A stretch of DNA of 63,544 nt, filler included, from Octopus bimaculoides (GCF_001194135.2; 6 parts of 6 records of this genome joined end to end with filler, not necessarily neighbours in it); one strand, 5' to 3'; numbered from the whole stretch's first letter, positions 50,491 through 63,330 are shown. Notes: generated by a model from the sequence alone, not told the origin. Translations and numbers: made by a program.

Positions 50491-51086
50491 GTTAGTGGTA
50501 TCAAGCACACTACTTTCTGATGTGTTATCTATTCTGTATTTGATGTAATCGGTTCTTAATGCTTGCTCTTGGGCAGCCCAGATTAGAGCATCCATTTCCG
50601 GTTTTTAATCAATTTTACTAATCCTTAGCCATCATTTTTCTCTGTCTGTCTTATCTTCAACATCCCTATGACATTGTCCATGCATTTTTTCTTTATCCAC
50701 CTATTTTTAGCCTCATTCATTCTCAAGTGTTTGTAAAGTGCTTTATCTTTGCAATCTTCCATCCTACACAACCCCGACCATTCTTACTTCCAATAATAGT
50801 GGTTCTGCAGCATTTTTTACATATCTAGTTATGTTGTTGTTTTCTTCTCTTCTAATGCTGTGTTCACATCCAGTCAGTTCTCTTCCTCCTCTTTTTCTTG
50901 CTACATACAGTCTGTCTGCGTCAATTTTTGGTTGCAGTACCCCATATCTAGTCAGAAGCTTCCCTGTCTTTCTGTCTAAGCTGTTTAGTTCGTTTACTGT
51001 CCATGCGATCACCCCTTCTCCATATCTAAGGAGTAAAGCCGCCCAGGTGTTGGTAGCTTCAATCTTATTCCGTCCATTTAATTTCG
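50491..51086 (-). mobile_element. Second partial Dong copy duplicating ~49580-50115
   Basis: RLYVARKRGGRELTGCEHSIR and AAQEQALRTDYIKYRIDNTSES parallel the adjacent copy. Confidence 0.88.
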
Positions 51087-51399
51087 CTTACTGTTGTTGT
51101 TGTTGTTGTCGTTATTATTATTATTATCAGGATGATATTCATATCAGTAACCAAGAGTGCCCATTTTGTAGTGTTTACATATTTTCCAGTGTAAATACTG
51201 GCCTACCCTATCGTAGTGATTTTTGTATTCGTTTGGTGTGAGCACAGGACATCTCGAAACTAGTTGGTCTATTGTTTCATTAATTGTATCGCAGAATCTG
51301 CATTCAGGGTCAGAACCGTTTTAAAGAACGTTAGCCTTGTAGTTTTTGGTTAGCAAGTTTTGATCTTGTGCTTTGATAATATTATCATTCATTAGTCTT

Positions 51400-51749
51400 A
51401 TTTTCATCACGTGCTTTCACTGCACTACCGAGTGCAGCTCTGTGTACCTGGGTTATGAGTTGTGGTTTGTTGTGATGCTCTTATTGTTACGGCTTTGAAA
51501 GTGTTTTACGTAGGATGTGTGCGATGCCTAGTAGTGCTATTTTCTGTATGTTAGTCCTGATGCTTTTGTTATGTGTTTGTCGGAATATTTTTTTATCATA
51601 CCTAATGCAACTATTATAATAGGAATAGTTTCTGTTTTTAGACTCCACATTCGAGTTACCTCTATTTCCAGGTCTTTGTAGTTTGAAAGTTTCTCCATTC
51701 TTTTAGGGAAACGTTGTCACCTGTTGGTATTGATACACCGATTAGACAG

Positions 51750-51750
<1 letters not shown>
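51400..51750 (-). mobile_element. Dong RLE C-terminus plus 3' UTR, same subfamily as 15916-16124
   Basis: ttttagggaaacgttgtca.ctgttggtattgatac is shared with 16035-16070; KIALLGIAHILRKTLS end; 5' break at (TAA)n 51751-51793. Confidence 0.8.
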
Positions 51751-51793
<43 letters not shown>

Positions 51794-51796
<3 letters not shown>

Positions 51797-51963
51797 GTTT
51801 GACTTTTGCTTTGCATTTGTACAAGTTGGATCCAAGTCTCACCCAGAGACCTCAAGAGACAACAAGTTAGAAGTTCATGTAGGTGTTTTACCTAGGGTAC
51901 CATATATTTGAATTTGTACAGTGTTGTTCTAGAGAATGTTTTAAAATTTGAGATCACATAGAC
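51794..51963 (-). mobile_element. Probable 3' UTR of a further Dong-like copy
   Basis: Ends ..cttggatccaacttgtacaaatgcaaagcaaaagtcaaacat directly into (TAA)n. Confidence 0.45.
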
Positions 51964-52094
51964 NNNNNNNNNNNNNNNNNNNNNNNNNNNNNNNNNNNNN
52001 NNNNNNNTTAATTAATTAANNNNNNNNNNNNNNNNNNNNNNNNNNNNNNNNNNNNNNNNNNNNATATATATATATTCAGTAAATGGGAAATGTG

Positions 52095-52497
52095 AAACAG
52101 AAATCAAAAGAAGGCTTGTGTTAGAAACTGATGTGGAGAAAAAAAAAAAATGAAAAGATAAATGTATTAACGTCAAGAAACATTAATACTGAAACCAGAA
52201 AAAGACTATTAAGATGTGATGCGCCGTCCACTCTACTGTACAGAGCTGAAACATGGATAATAACAAAAGTATTATGAATTAGATTACAAGGCTTTCAAAT
52301 GTGGGCATCTAGAAGACTCTGGAAAATCTTATGGAATAAAGAAAAACAACGAAATAACAAAAACAAAGCGAACAACAACCCCCAATAATGAACTATTAAA
52401 AATGGTAAAAACTAAGAGAATTTTATTAGACTCCATCAAAGTGATAAAACTAAAATATTTTGGACACTTAATTAGAAAAAAATGCTTGAGAGAGAGA

Positions 52498-52579
<82 letters not shown>

Positions 52580-52680
52580 GGGTAGGAGAAAGAAATGTGG
52601 ATGGTGAGAGAGAAAGAGAGAGGCTGAGTAATAATTGGATGGTTGGGTGTAATATCAATAATGGAACGTAGTTAAAAGAC
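52095..52680 (+). mobile_element. RTE LINE thumb-region fragment interrupted by (GA)n
   Basis: EIKRR..LTSRNINTETRKRLLRC..LLYRAETW..FQMWASRRL..KLKYFGHLIRK. Confidence 0.75.
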
Positions 52681-52779
52681 AGCGATTCACGTCAGGAAGG
52701 AAGGAGAAGAGAAGAAAGACTGATACGGTGTGAAGGTGATAGAGTGATCCATGGAGTTCAGTCAAATGAGAGCAGACGA

Positions 52780-52816
52780 TAATATGATGATGATGGTGAT
52801 GATGATGATGGTGATG

Positions 52817-52848
<32 letters not shown>

Positions 52849-53155
52849 GGGATGATGATGATGATGGTGATGATGATGATGATGACGACGACGACGACGC
52901 TGATGATGCTGACGACACCGGTGATGATGACGATGATGAAGAAATGATGAAGATGATGAAGAAGAAGATGATGATGAAGTTGATGATGAAGCTGATGAAG
53001 ATGATGATGATGTTTCTGATGATGGTGATGATGATGATGATGATGATAGTGATGATAACAACGGTGCTTCTGCTTCTGCTGCTGATGATGATGATGACGA
53101 CGACGACGACGTCGATGCTGCTGCTTATGCCAACAACGATGATGATGATGATTAA
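52780..53155 (+). repeat. Long imperfect (GAT/GAC/GAA)n trinucleotide tract
   Basis: Read directly; it generates the poly-M/S/H/I pseudo-ORFs. Confidence 0.95.
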
Positions 53156-53212
53156 ATAGCGGTCAGACCCCTCATTAGGTTGGTACATCGTATCCAATGA
53201 CAACGTAAGGCT

Positions 53213-53620
53213 ATTCGAGAATGATGGTCTTTCCTGCAGTCGAAGAACGAGTGGAGTTCATACCGACCATGTTTGTCTTTTTACAGCTCGAAACTTTATT
53301 TCGATCATCGCTATGTATTTTGACCTTCACTTCACGGCTTATCTCCTGGATAACCGGGTTGATGCCTTATCTTTCCATGGCTATATGTCAATGTTCGCGA
53401 AACGGAGGTCTGTTTTGTACGCCTCCCATTATTTCTGAAGGAATGGTTTGTCAGAGGCAATCTGCACTTAGGTTAGGTGTACAGTAGACGTAGATACTTA
53501 GAGATGCGCTCTTCGCCCGTGCCGTACATACAACCCAACAATCGAAAACTCATTCTGCTACACACCTCTGAATTCGTGGCTGTATCTTTCCATCTGATGC
53601 CCGTCTCATGTCTGACATAT
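53213..53620 (-). mobile_element. Degenerate RTE-like LINE C-terminal fragment
   Basis: GIRWKDTATNSEV at the 5' side and RPPFR..GINP..DDR downstream. Confidence 0.5.
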
Positions 53621-54378
53621 ATCGTTCATGTTTTGTTACTATTTAAAAAATGTGATGAAGGTGCAAGCTTGATGAGCCTGCACCCTGGTGTACAGTGTAA
53701 GGTTCTTGTTTTTCTATGTTCTGTTAGTGAGTTTAGACATTATATTAGACGGTGGTCATGATAGGGCCCAGATATCTGGGATTTTCTACCTCTTTGTACT
53801 GGAGACTGGCGTTGGTAGTGCTGCTTTACGGAGAAAACTCCCTGGGGGCGGGCTTTGTATTCTCTGCTATGGAAATACAAATAAGGATTGAGCCGCAGCC
53901 ACCTCTCTGTCTTTGACCTCTTCAATGACCTCTTCAATGACCTTATCAACGACCTCATCAGATTTAATTTTAAGGTTGTAGTTTCTTTCTCGATTGGATC
54001 AGTTGTTTATTTGATGTCTTCGTACATATTGCCTGTGGAAGAGGCATGCTTAAATTAGGAACTTAACGGACAATTACTTCTCAGATTTCCTCACTAAGTT
54101 CATCTTTGGCTTCCTCAGACCGTTCTTTTAATGTGAATTTTTCTTTCATTTTGTTTCTTCCATAGTTTGGAGGTTGACTTCATATCTGTCGACATGCCAT
54201 CTTTCTTTTTCTAGCAAATGCCCCGACGGCAGAACTTTGGATGGTGGAAATAATAATGAGTGAAATGGAAGTGATGTTTCTGCCTGTGTCCTTAGATCAG
54301 GTAGTGTTGATCTCACATACACACGCACGCGCATGGCCACAGTCAAATGACTGAAACAAGTAAAAGAGTAAAAGAGTA

Positions 54379-55018
54379 TATGGGGATCGGACAGTAAGCG
54401 TAAGCCAGTGTCAGCGGTTGTTCTAGAATTTCGAACCTAGAAGACGAGCCTCATCCTGGAAGATCTGTGGAGTTCGACGAGGACGTCCTGCAAACTCTGG
54501 TGGAACAAAATCCCATCGTAACTGTTGAGGAACTAGCAGAGAAACTTGGATTTAGTCATTCAACCTGTCATTTAAGTCAGCGCTAGAAGAAAAACGACCA
54601 TCATTGATTTCAAGAAGAATGTGTTCTTATATCAGGATAATGCTCGGCCACATCCAGCAAGGATGACATTCCAAAGGTTGGAGCAGTTTGAATAGGAAAC
54701 GATGCCCCACCCACCATATTAGCCGGACATTGCCCCATCTGATTATCATTTATTCTGCAATCTTCAAAGTTATTTGGACGGAAAAAATATGAATTCTGTA
54801 GACGAAGTCAGAACAGTACTGGAGGAGTATTTTTCGCCACTGACGAGTGAATTTTGGAAGAGGGGCCTTGCAAGTGCATCATATAGATGGAAGAGCATTG
54901 TAGAAAATGAAGAGGAGTATATTTTAGATTAAAAATGAACTTTGTTTAGTGTTTAGATTAATTTTGAAAAACATAAGAAACATAAAAAAATCCGCATTAT
55001 TTATGCGATGACCTAATA
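54379..55018 (+). mobile_element. Mariner transposon, internally deleted transposase plus right TIR
   Basis: LEDEPHPGRS..NPIVTVEELAEKLG, QDNARPH, DIAPSDYHLF, then right end ttatttatgcgatgacctaa followed by TA. Confidence 0.9.
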
Positions 55019-56196
55019 CTTGATATCATATCACCAATCATCACTAAATTAAGGTGTTTTGTTGTTGTTGCTTTGTGTTAGAGAACTTTTGTCGTTAATT
55101 CATAAAAGTAGGCGAGAAGCATTTTATGAGATATAAGTATCAGACAACAAAGGAATGCTTATACACCATAGGTTTTTTAAAGAGATTCTAAAATATGCTA
55201 ACATCCGTATTTTGTTTTCGTTAAGTGGGTGGCAGGTTCGTTTTGTGCTATAGTGGTGTTTTTCGCATCAACACTATATGTTAATGATGTTTTGTCTAAT
55301 TATAGAGACAGAAACGTTTGGTGCTTAATTATAAGGAATAATTATTTGGTAAAAACATTTATGCCTCATATATAGTTAATTAAAGCGTGATATTGTTCAT
55401 GATAATGACAATTACGCTGTGATGATAAGGTAGATTTTAAATAACACTAATTATAATGTTTTTCCATAGATGATATAAATTTTATGTGGAGGGGATAAAA
55501 ATGGAGGGTATGGTCTTTTTGAACGCGTGGATATTTGCTTCATGAAAATACTCTTTCCTTTTTTCCATCATATCTGCGATCTCTTTAATTATATGTTAAT
55601 TTGGTTAGAACTTAGGTCTATCATTTATGGGAAACTAAAAAGGAAGCAGTTATGTCTAGTTGTGGATGGAAATCTGTGCACAGCGTATTTGTATTGAAAC
55701 CGCGTTTAGAGAAAAAAGTATTTACAAAAAATATTTTCATAAAATGTCTTTAAATAACATATTAAAAGACAGAATTTTTTTCCAGTTAAATTAAAAATTA
55801 ACTTGTAATTAAGATCGTGAAGGTAATTAAGAAAAATGATGATATGGCTTAAACGAGATAACAATAAGATAAAAATGTAAACACAAAAAGTAAAATATTA
55901 ATAATAAAAGACGATTTTGGAGAGAGGTAAGATGGTGGCGTATTCAGTATTCTTTAAAAAATTCGAGGTGATTTACATAATACTAAGACTTAGAGTATTG
56001 GGATTACATTATCTATCTGAATATATTTATGAGAGTTCTTCAACACTCGACGTCGTGTAGGGAGCTTTCTCAAGACGTATTCCCGAAGCAAAATGACATA
56101 TAAACAAAACATACACTACGCATGTGCAAACCGATCATGTTTAATATTGCTTTTAAACTGAAGTTTATGGAGCACAAAAGTTTTTAGGAATATTAT

Positions 56197-56380
56197 CAAC
56201 CAGTCATTTAAGTCAGCGCTAGAAGATAAACGACCTTCTATGGTTTCAAGACAGAAAGTGTTCTTCCATCAGGATAATGCTCGGCCACATCTAGCGAGGA
56301 TGGCATTTCAAAGGCTGGAGCAGTTTGAATTGGAAACGATGCCCCACCCATCATGCTTGCTTGACATTTCCCCATCTGTG
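56197..56380 (+). mobile_element. Mariner fragment of the same family
   Basis: VFFHQDNARPHLARMAFQRLEQFELETMPHP. Confidence 0.85.
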
Positions 56381-57519
56381 GGCATCCTTCACAAATATTG
56401 GTTTATTACATATTTCTTTGAATATTATTATTTATCTCTTTGATATCATAACTTCGGTTTGCAAATATCCCGCGATATTTTATTCTCATTGTATGATTTA
56501 ACCTTCACTCTTATATTCTATTTTATGTTAGAATTTGTTTTTAGTTCATAAATAAATGTTACAAAATGTATGCATGTTGTGGTTGTACAGTACTTTGAAT
56601 GTATCAGCTGTGAGTATCATATATATTCTTTTCGCTATTGTTTGCTACTTTCTATATTGCTAATCAATGATTTCGTCCATTTAATTTAACTCCATTTGGT
56701 TGGTATTATTGTTTCTTCAGTCACAGTTACTATTAGTTGTAATGACGAGTGATTTTAATGATTTTTAAAATAAGTTTCTACGCATTAGAAGAGACGAGCG
56801 CATTTGCTAACTGTGGTGTGGAAGAATATGAAAATTTGATAGCTTTTTTTATAATTAAATTTTTGATTCTGGTTATGAAATGAATGAAATTACTAATTGT
56901 TAAAATTTCGTGTAACATCTAAGAAGTTGGCTACGGTAAAATTGTATTTAAAGCCACAGTTTTTAAAGAATGCAGGCTTTTTGGAAGTAAATAGCCGTCA
57001 TCTTAATAAAGGCCTCTTTCTCTCAAATATGGAACTTCTCTCATATTTTTGACAGTGGTTAAAGATTATGTATATCAAGTGACCATGTGCCGCATACTAA
57101 CAACAAATGAGATTGAAGACGATTTTTTAAAATTAATGAAGCATTATCATATTGTAATGTTATTTATCGAGCGATAATGTTATTTATCGGTTTTCATGTA
57201 TTTTATGCTAATAATAATTCTAACATAATGTAAAGCATCAATCAATAAGTAAAGGTTTGGGTAATAATTAGCTAACACATGTGTATGTCGAACCTGCTTT
57301 ATCCTTTTCGAATTCAAACTATTCTATGAATAATTTAGTTTTATTACAAAATGCATGAAGCGATAATTTTATCTGCTTTGGCTAATTTCCATTTTAGTCG
57401 GGTTAACGAAGTGAACGGATGGTTTCTCTTTGATTTCTTAACATTAAAAGGGATGAAGTGATGATTTCCATATGAAGGAACTTCGTTTCCTTGTAATATC
57501 TAATTCAAATGTTATTTTC

Positions 57520-57870
57520 AATGCTTATCTTTTACTTGTTTCAGTCATTAGGCTGCAGCCGTACAAGGGGCACCATCTTGAAAAAAGTTTAGTCGAACGA
57601 ATATACCCTAGTGCTCATTTTTTAAGACCTACTACTTATTCTACCTTTCCCTGCTAAATTACGGTGACGTAAACATACCAACACCGGCTGTCTAGCAATG
57701 GTGGGGGAGAGACACAGATACAAACACACAATCACACACATACACATATATACGACGGGGTTCTGTCAGTTTCCGTCTACCAAATCTATTCACAAGGTTT
57801 TGGTCTGCCTGAGACTCTAGCAGAAGATACTTGCCCAAGGTGCCACGCAGTAGAACTGAGCCAACACACC
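57520..57870 (-). mobile_element. SINE family B
   Basis: cttttacttgtttcagtcatt...cagtttccgtctaccaaat...cttgcccaaggtgccacgcag. Confidence 0.85.
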
Positions 57871-58860
57871 TGCGCCTAACCATTCCCACCATTCTATAAA
57901 TACTTCAGTTTGGCTGTTTATTTTGCAAATTGTATTCAATTCTACTTTTCTGTAAGAATTAGCGATGTCTATATGGTATCTTATAATACTATAATCCGTT
58001 ATTTGTTAATCGCATATACTTTTTTAATCTTGTCTGCCGAGGTGTTTGGATAATTGGTTAGAGATTTTTTATGTCACGTTGCTTCAATTTCTTCCGGGAA
58101 TCGTTATTGGTCTCCCTAAATTATGTATTTTCAATTAAATAAAAATAAGGTCACCCTCAAACTCTTGCAACAGCAGATTATTGGGGTGGAGGTCGGGGTG
58201 GGGGAACTACTTAGATTTAAATCCATAATTCCATTTATTTTTTGAATTGTTTTCTTGGGTGTCAGAAAAGTATGCTTTCCTGCATATACTTCTAATAAAG
58301 TTATTAACAAATATAAAAATAAAACGTAATTTAAATAGTCTCTATTTCTGACTTTGTGTGTATGTTTTGCAGGCATAAAATTTTTGTTTCAACATTTTTG
58401 TTGTTTAACGTTTACAGATAGAAGGCGCATCAATAAATATATTTATTCAGATTTTAGTTATTTGCAGTGTAAAAAAATGCACAAACGAACAAAAGGATGC
58501 AATATAGACGAGCAGAGTGGTGTATAAGTGACATTATAAAAACGAATTAGATGAGTACTTTAAATATATATCAGTTTTTCTCCAAGTCTGGAAGTCTCCA
58601 AGTTATGTTATTGTTAATCGTCTCTATAGATAGCTACCTGCCATTGTTGCCTTGTGAGAACAATATTTAATCATATCATGAAAGTAGGTGGAATTTTTTA
58701 TGAGGCAGAAATTTGTCAATGTCTTTGAATAACAAAGCGAGAGCTATACGTCATAATCTTTTAAGAGATTCTAAAAAGTTATGTTCATACCTGCATTTTA
58801 ATGACTCGTGATTTTGTTATTCTGAGAACACTTAAAAGCTGGATATATATATATATATAT

Positions 58861-59401
58861 ACTCTTTTACTCTTTTACTTGTTTCAGTCATTTGACTGTG
58901 GCCATGCTGGAGCACCGCCTTTTAGTCGAGCTAATCGACCCCAGGACTTATTCTTTGGAAGCCTAGTACTTATTCTATCGGTCTCTTTAGCCGAATCGCT
59001 AAGTTACGGGGACGTAAACGCACCAGCATCGGTTGTCAAGCGATGTTGGGGAGACAAACAGAGACACACAAACATATACACACACATACATACATACATA
59101 TANNNNNNNNNNNNNNNNNNNNNNNNNNNNNNNNNNNNNNNNNNNNNNNNNNNNNNNNNNNNNNNNNNNNNNNNNNNNNNNNNNNNNNNNNNNNNNNNNN
59201 NNNNNNNNNNNNNNNNNNNNNNNNATATATATATACATACATATATACGACAAGCTTCTTTCAGTTTCCGTCTACCAAATCCACTCACAAGGCTTTGGTC
59301 GGCCCGAGGCTATAGTAGAAGACACTTGCCCAAGGTGCCACGCAGTGGGACTGAACCCGGAACCATGTGGTAGGTAAGCAAGCTACTTACCACACAGCCA
59401 C
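58861..59401 (-). mobile_element. SINE family B, full length and young (spans a gap in its internal microsatellite)
   Basis: Tail actcttttactcttttacttg through head acttaccacacagccac. Confidence 0.9.
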
Positions 59402-59404
59402 TTC

Positions 59405-59860
59405 AGTGAGAATTAGCAAAAAAATCAAAAGACGAAGACAGGTGTGTAAACAACAAACAGATGTACTAGTTTAACGCTTGGGAAGTGAGAAAGTCTTTTA
59501 CGTTTCGAGCCTATGCTCTTCGACAGAAAGGAACTCATAAATAAACAGGGAGAGAAAATAGAAAAAGGTTTAGTGGCTAGCGATCTATCATGGCGAATAC
59601 CGGACAGAGGGAGTCACACAGGAGAGCTGGGAATGAAGGGGAGATAATAAAATAGTGGTGATCCCAAAACGAAGGTGCGCGTGCGTGTGTATGTGAGAGC
59701 GTGTATTTGTGCGTGGATGGGAGCTGGTGACATTGACGTGTGCGTATGTGCATGTGGAGGTGTGTGGATGATGGTGTAGGTGGTGGGAAGTGATCAGTGC
59801 TAGTGTGTGCGGGGTGGTATGATGTGGTATGGTGTGGTATGTAAACATACACACATAATA

Positions 59861-59870
<10 letters not shown>
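59405..59870 (-). mobile_element. Penelope-type 3' region / pseudo-LTR with minimal hammerhead-like motif (59495-59530)
   Basis: Minus strand reads CTTT-CTGTCGA-A-GAGC-ATAG-GCTC-GAAAC-GTA-AAAG, preceded by a C/A-rich linker like the one downstream of the EN fragment at 62700-62930. Confidence 0.7.
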
Positions 59871-59917
<47 letters not shown>

Positions 59918-59927
59918 NNNNNNNNNN

Positions 59928-59967
<40 letters not shown>

Positions 59968-61123
59968 GCATACACAGATCTTGCTTTTAATCAATCAGAA
60001 CGTCCAGACACTCCCTTCACAAGAGTAGCAAACTACTCAAATCGGGCGGCCAGCCCAGTTACTGACAGCCTGACCACAAAACAGATAGTACTGCTTTACA
60101 TGGAACCAGTAGCAGGTTTCATCAACCCGGGATGAAATCCCTGATCTGATCTTGGTTTGTTTTATTTATTTATCTTATTGATTTTTCTGACCATATGCCT
60201 TATTTATTATTTATCTCATTATTTATTCTTTTATTCATGCAAATTAATACTGGAATGGTCAACATATCTTTCTTTAGAAAATAGTTTCATCTTCGTACGG
60301 ATATCTTCCTTTGAAGACAATTTCTTTGATAAACAACTTATTTTATAATTTACTTTTATACTTTTCATATTCTTTGAATTTTTGTTTTTATTTTATAGAT
60401 TTATTGATTATTTTCTTTACTTCATTGTATTTATCTAGTCCTTCTCTCTCAGAATTTCTATTGATCTTTAGCCATTGTTTCCTTAAAACAAATCATAAAT
60501 GGCAACCTACAAAGTACATCTATCGCCTTCAGAAATATATCAGGTCAGCTTGCTCTTTGTATTAGAGTCGATGTTTTGGACGACCATAAATAGTTCTGAA
60601 GATTAGTCTGTTAGTTTGTGTGCCAGCACACTTGTATCTACAGGCGTACAAATGCATACATATCTAAAAGCATGTTTTATAAACGAGCGAATGTTGACGT
60701 AATGCTTATAATATAGCTGAAAAACTTATGAAACAGCTGTAAACGAATGGGTTATCTCACCTTACTTCTGAGTCATATATACATTGACTCAGCTCCATAT
60801 TTCTTAGAATTTATAAGACACGAGGCCGAAATTTCTTGAATATACTTTGAATTTCTTTCAAACATCCTCCTACTATGTCTCCGAACGTCAAAATATTGTG
60901 GATGTGTTTTAGCTCATGAGACTTTCAGTAACATGTCACTAAAAATGTTTATCTGCGCGTAACTCCCATCGAACGTGCTAAGTGCCACTTTGTTTTTTTT
61001 TTTCACTCACTTAGCTATACATACACACACACGCACACGCACACACACACACACTCGGTCATATATGCACACATTTATATATGCAATTACATATGTATAC
61101 ACGAGTATGTAAGTATGCATGTA

Positions 61124-61164
<41 letters not shown>

Positions 61165-61264
61165 NNNNNNNNNNNNNNNNNNNNNNNNNNNNNNNNNNNN
61201 NNNNNNNNTTAATTAATTAANNNNNNNNNNNNNNNNNNNNNNNNNNNNNNNNNNNNNNNNNNNN

Positions 61265-61582
61265 CTACTATAGCCTCGGGCCGACCAAATATTTGTGAGT
61301 GGATTTGGTAGACGGAAACTGAAAGAAGCCCGTCGTATATATGTATAAATATATATATGTGTGTGCGTATGTTTGTATTTGTGTTTGTCCCCCTAACGTT
61401 GCTTGACAACCGATGGTGGTGTGTTTATATTCCCATAACTTAGCGGTTCTTCGTAAGTAACCGATAGAATAAGTACTAGGCTTACAAAGAATAAGTCCCG
61501 GGGTCGATTTGCTTGACTAAAGGCGGTGCTCCAGCATAGCCGCAGTAAAATGACTAAAACAAGTAAAAGAGTAAAAGAGTAA

Positions 61583-61583
<1 letters not shown>
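61265..61583 (+). mobile_element. SINE family B, young
   Basis: ctactatagcctcgggccgacc...caagtaaaagagtaaaagagtaaaga. Confidence 0.9.
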
Positions 61584-61629
<46 letters not shown>

Positions 61630-62930
61630 GACGTTGCACCTAAATGTGTCAGTACGCATGTACTGTTTTTCATTTTTCTACATTCACGTCTGATATATGA
61701 AATAGTATTTCAGCTTAGAAGGCAATGATGTTATTAATTACACTAATACACTTTGAATAAGGTGATAGAGATTGTAGAATTTTGTTTGCATTGTCGATTT
61801 ACATAAGTTTGTCTAAATTAATATGTAAATTTTGCAATTGAATGTTCATCGTAGAAATGCTATATACCGCTAACTGTTCAATTCACGTCAGTAGTTATAT
61901 AAACATGTATTGAATTCCATCGCCTGATTTTACTTTCGTATGTTTATCGAGTATTAAATGTAAGCCATCAGGGCTATGAGAAAAGGCTTAAAAAACACGA
62001 CTGAGAGACTAGCACTTGATAATAAAAGCCGTTATGTAAGTAGATTAGGTTTCACATCCCCATGTGAATGTATTCCTTATTCTATCAGGTGTTCCGGTGT
62101 ACTTACTTGGTCATTTCCATTCGCTGTCTCTATCGTAATACTAGCTTATACTAATCCCTGAAGCATCCGCTCGGCCAATTAATCTTTTCTCACTGTATCT
62201 AATTCCTATTTCAGCTCACAAGCCATCTCTTTCGCTCTCCATATCTCTCTGTCTAGCTCTCTCTCTTTGCACTAACTCAGAAATGCGAATGGGTCTCCAT
62301 ATATTTACAGAAATATACGTACAAAGTGCATATGTGTATGCTTCCTTTATATATATATATATATATATATATTTGTTTTAACTCTAATGTTTAAAGTAAC
62401 TGGCAAGAAAAGAAGAAAGAGAATAAGGAACACTCTGCTTATAAAACCTGAGAAATTGACACGTTGCAAATGACATTAGCTCTAAGTAAAGTGGTGAGAT
62501 TATATTTTCTCGCAAACTATCGGTTTGATTCCACGCTGGCTGTAGTTAACGGCTTCAACAATGTTCGCATATTTCAGTATAGAGTATATTATATCAAAAA
62601 TGATAAGAAGGAAATGGAATCTGGATATGTGCACATGGTAAGAATTTTGCCTTTTGTGTCCAGCCATATATATATAGAGAGTGACAGAGAGTGGGAGAAG
62701 CAAGGGTGAGGTCTAAGGGATAGGGTAGGGGTAGGATGGGATGTATACGGATGGTTGTGTTGGAATTTGTGGAGGTGGGGTAACGTGGGAGTGGGTGACG
62801 ATGGAGGGAGAGTGTGGAAGCGAGGTGGGTAGGAGTGAAGAGAGGAAGTATGTGCCAGAGCAAGAGAGGAGAGGTGGGTGGGAGGAAGTAGGTGTGATAC
62901 GAAGAGAAGAAGGAGGAGAGAGGTGGCGGG

Positions 62931-63330
62931 TTAGATAAAGAGGGGAACAGAGTTGAGCCCACGTGAAGCAAAGGAGCGAAGAGAGAACATTTATCCCTGC
63001 TCACGGAGAGGTCGTGATTCCGGATGGCCCCAGTAGTAGGACAATCCGAACACAGACAGGTGTTGTAAAGAGTGACCGGAAGAGCGGAAATGGCGTGTCG
63101 AGCCGAGTGGGATGTCGTGGAGGTGTTCCACGAACCGGTCAGCCAAGCGGCGTCCCGTTTGACTGATGCATACAGAAGAGCAGAGAGAGCAGGAGATGCA
63201 GTAGATGACGTTGCTAGAAGTGAAGGTGAAGGAATTAGTAATATGGTAGTGTCGGTGATGGGTGCCTGTGAGGAGGGTGGAGTTGAAGAGGTAAGGGAAA
63301 ATGCGGCAGATGAATTTTGAAAAATTACGC
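62931..63330 (-). mobile_element. Penelope-like GIY-YIG endonuclease fragment (C-terminal EN type)
   Basis: FTSSNVIYCISCSLC..CISQTGRRLADRFVEH..HF...GH...LREQ*..RGLN, ending at TAA 62931-62933. Confidence 0.88.

Noticed and set aside
52655-53203. Poly-His/Ser/Met ORFs
   Set aside because: A trinucleotide tract that is open in several frames on both strands.
62107-62157. Minus-strand 51-nt exon candidate ending in GTAAGT
   Set aside because: It has stops in all three frames and a weak acceptor; at most it is non-coding.
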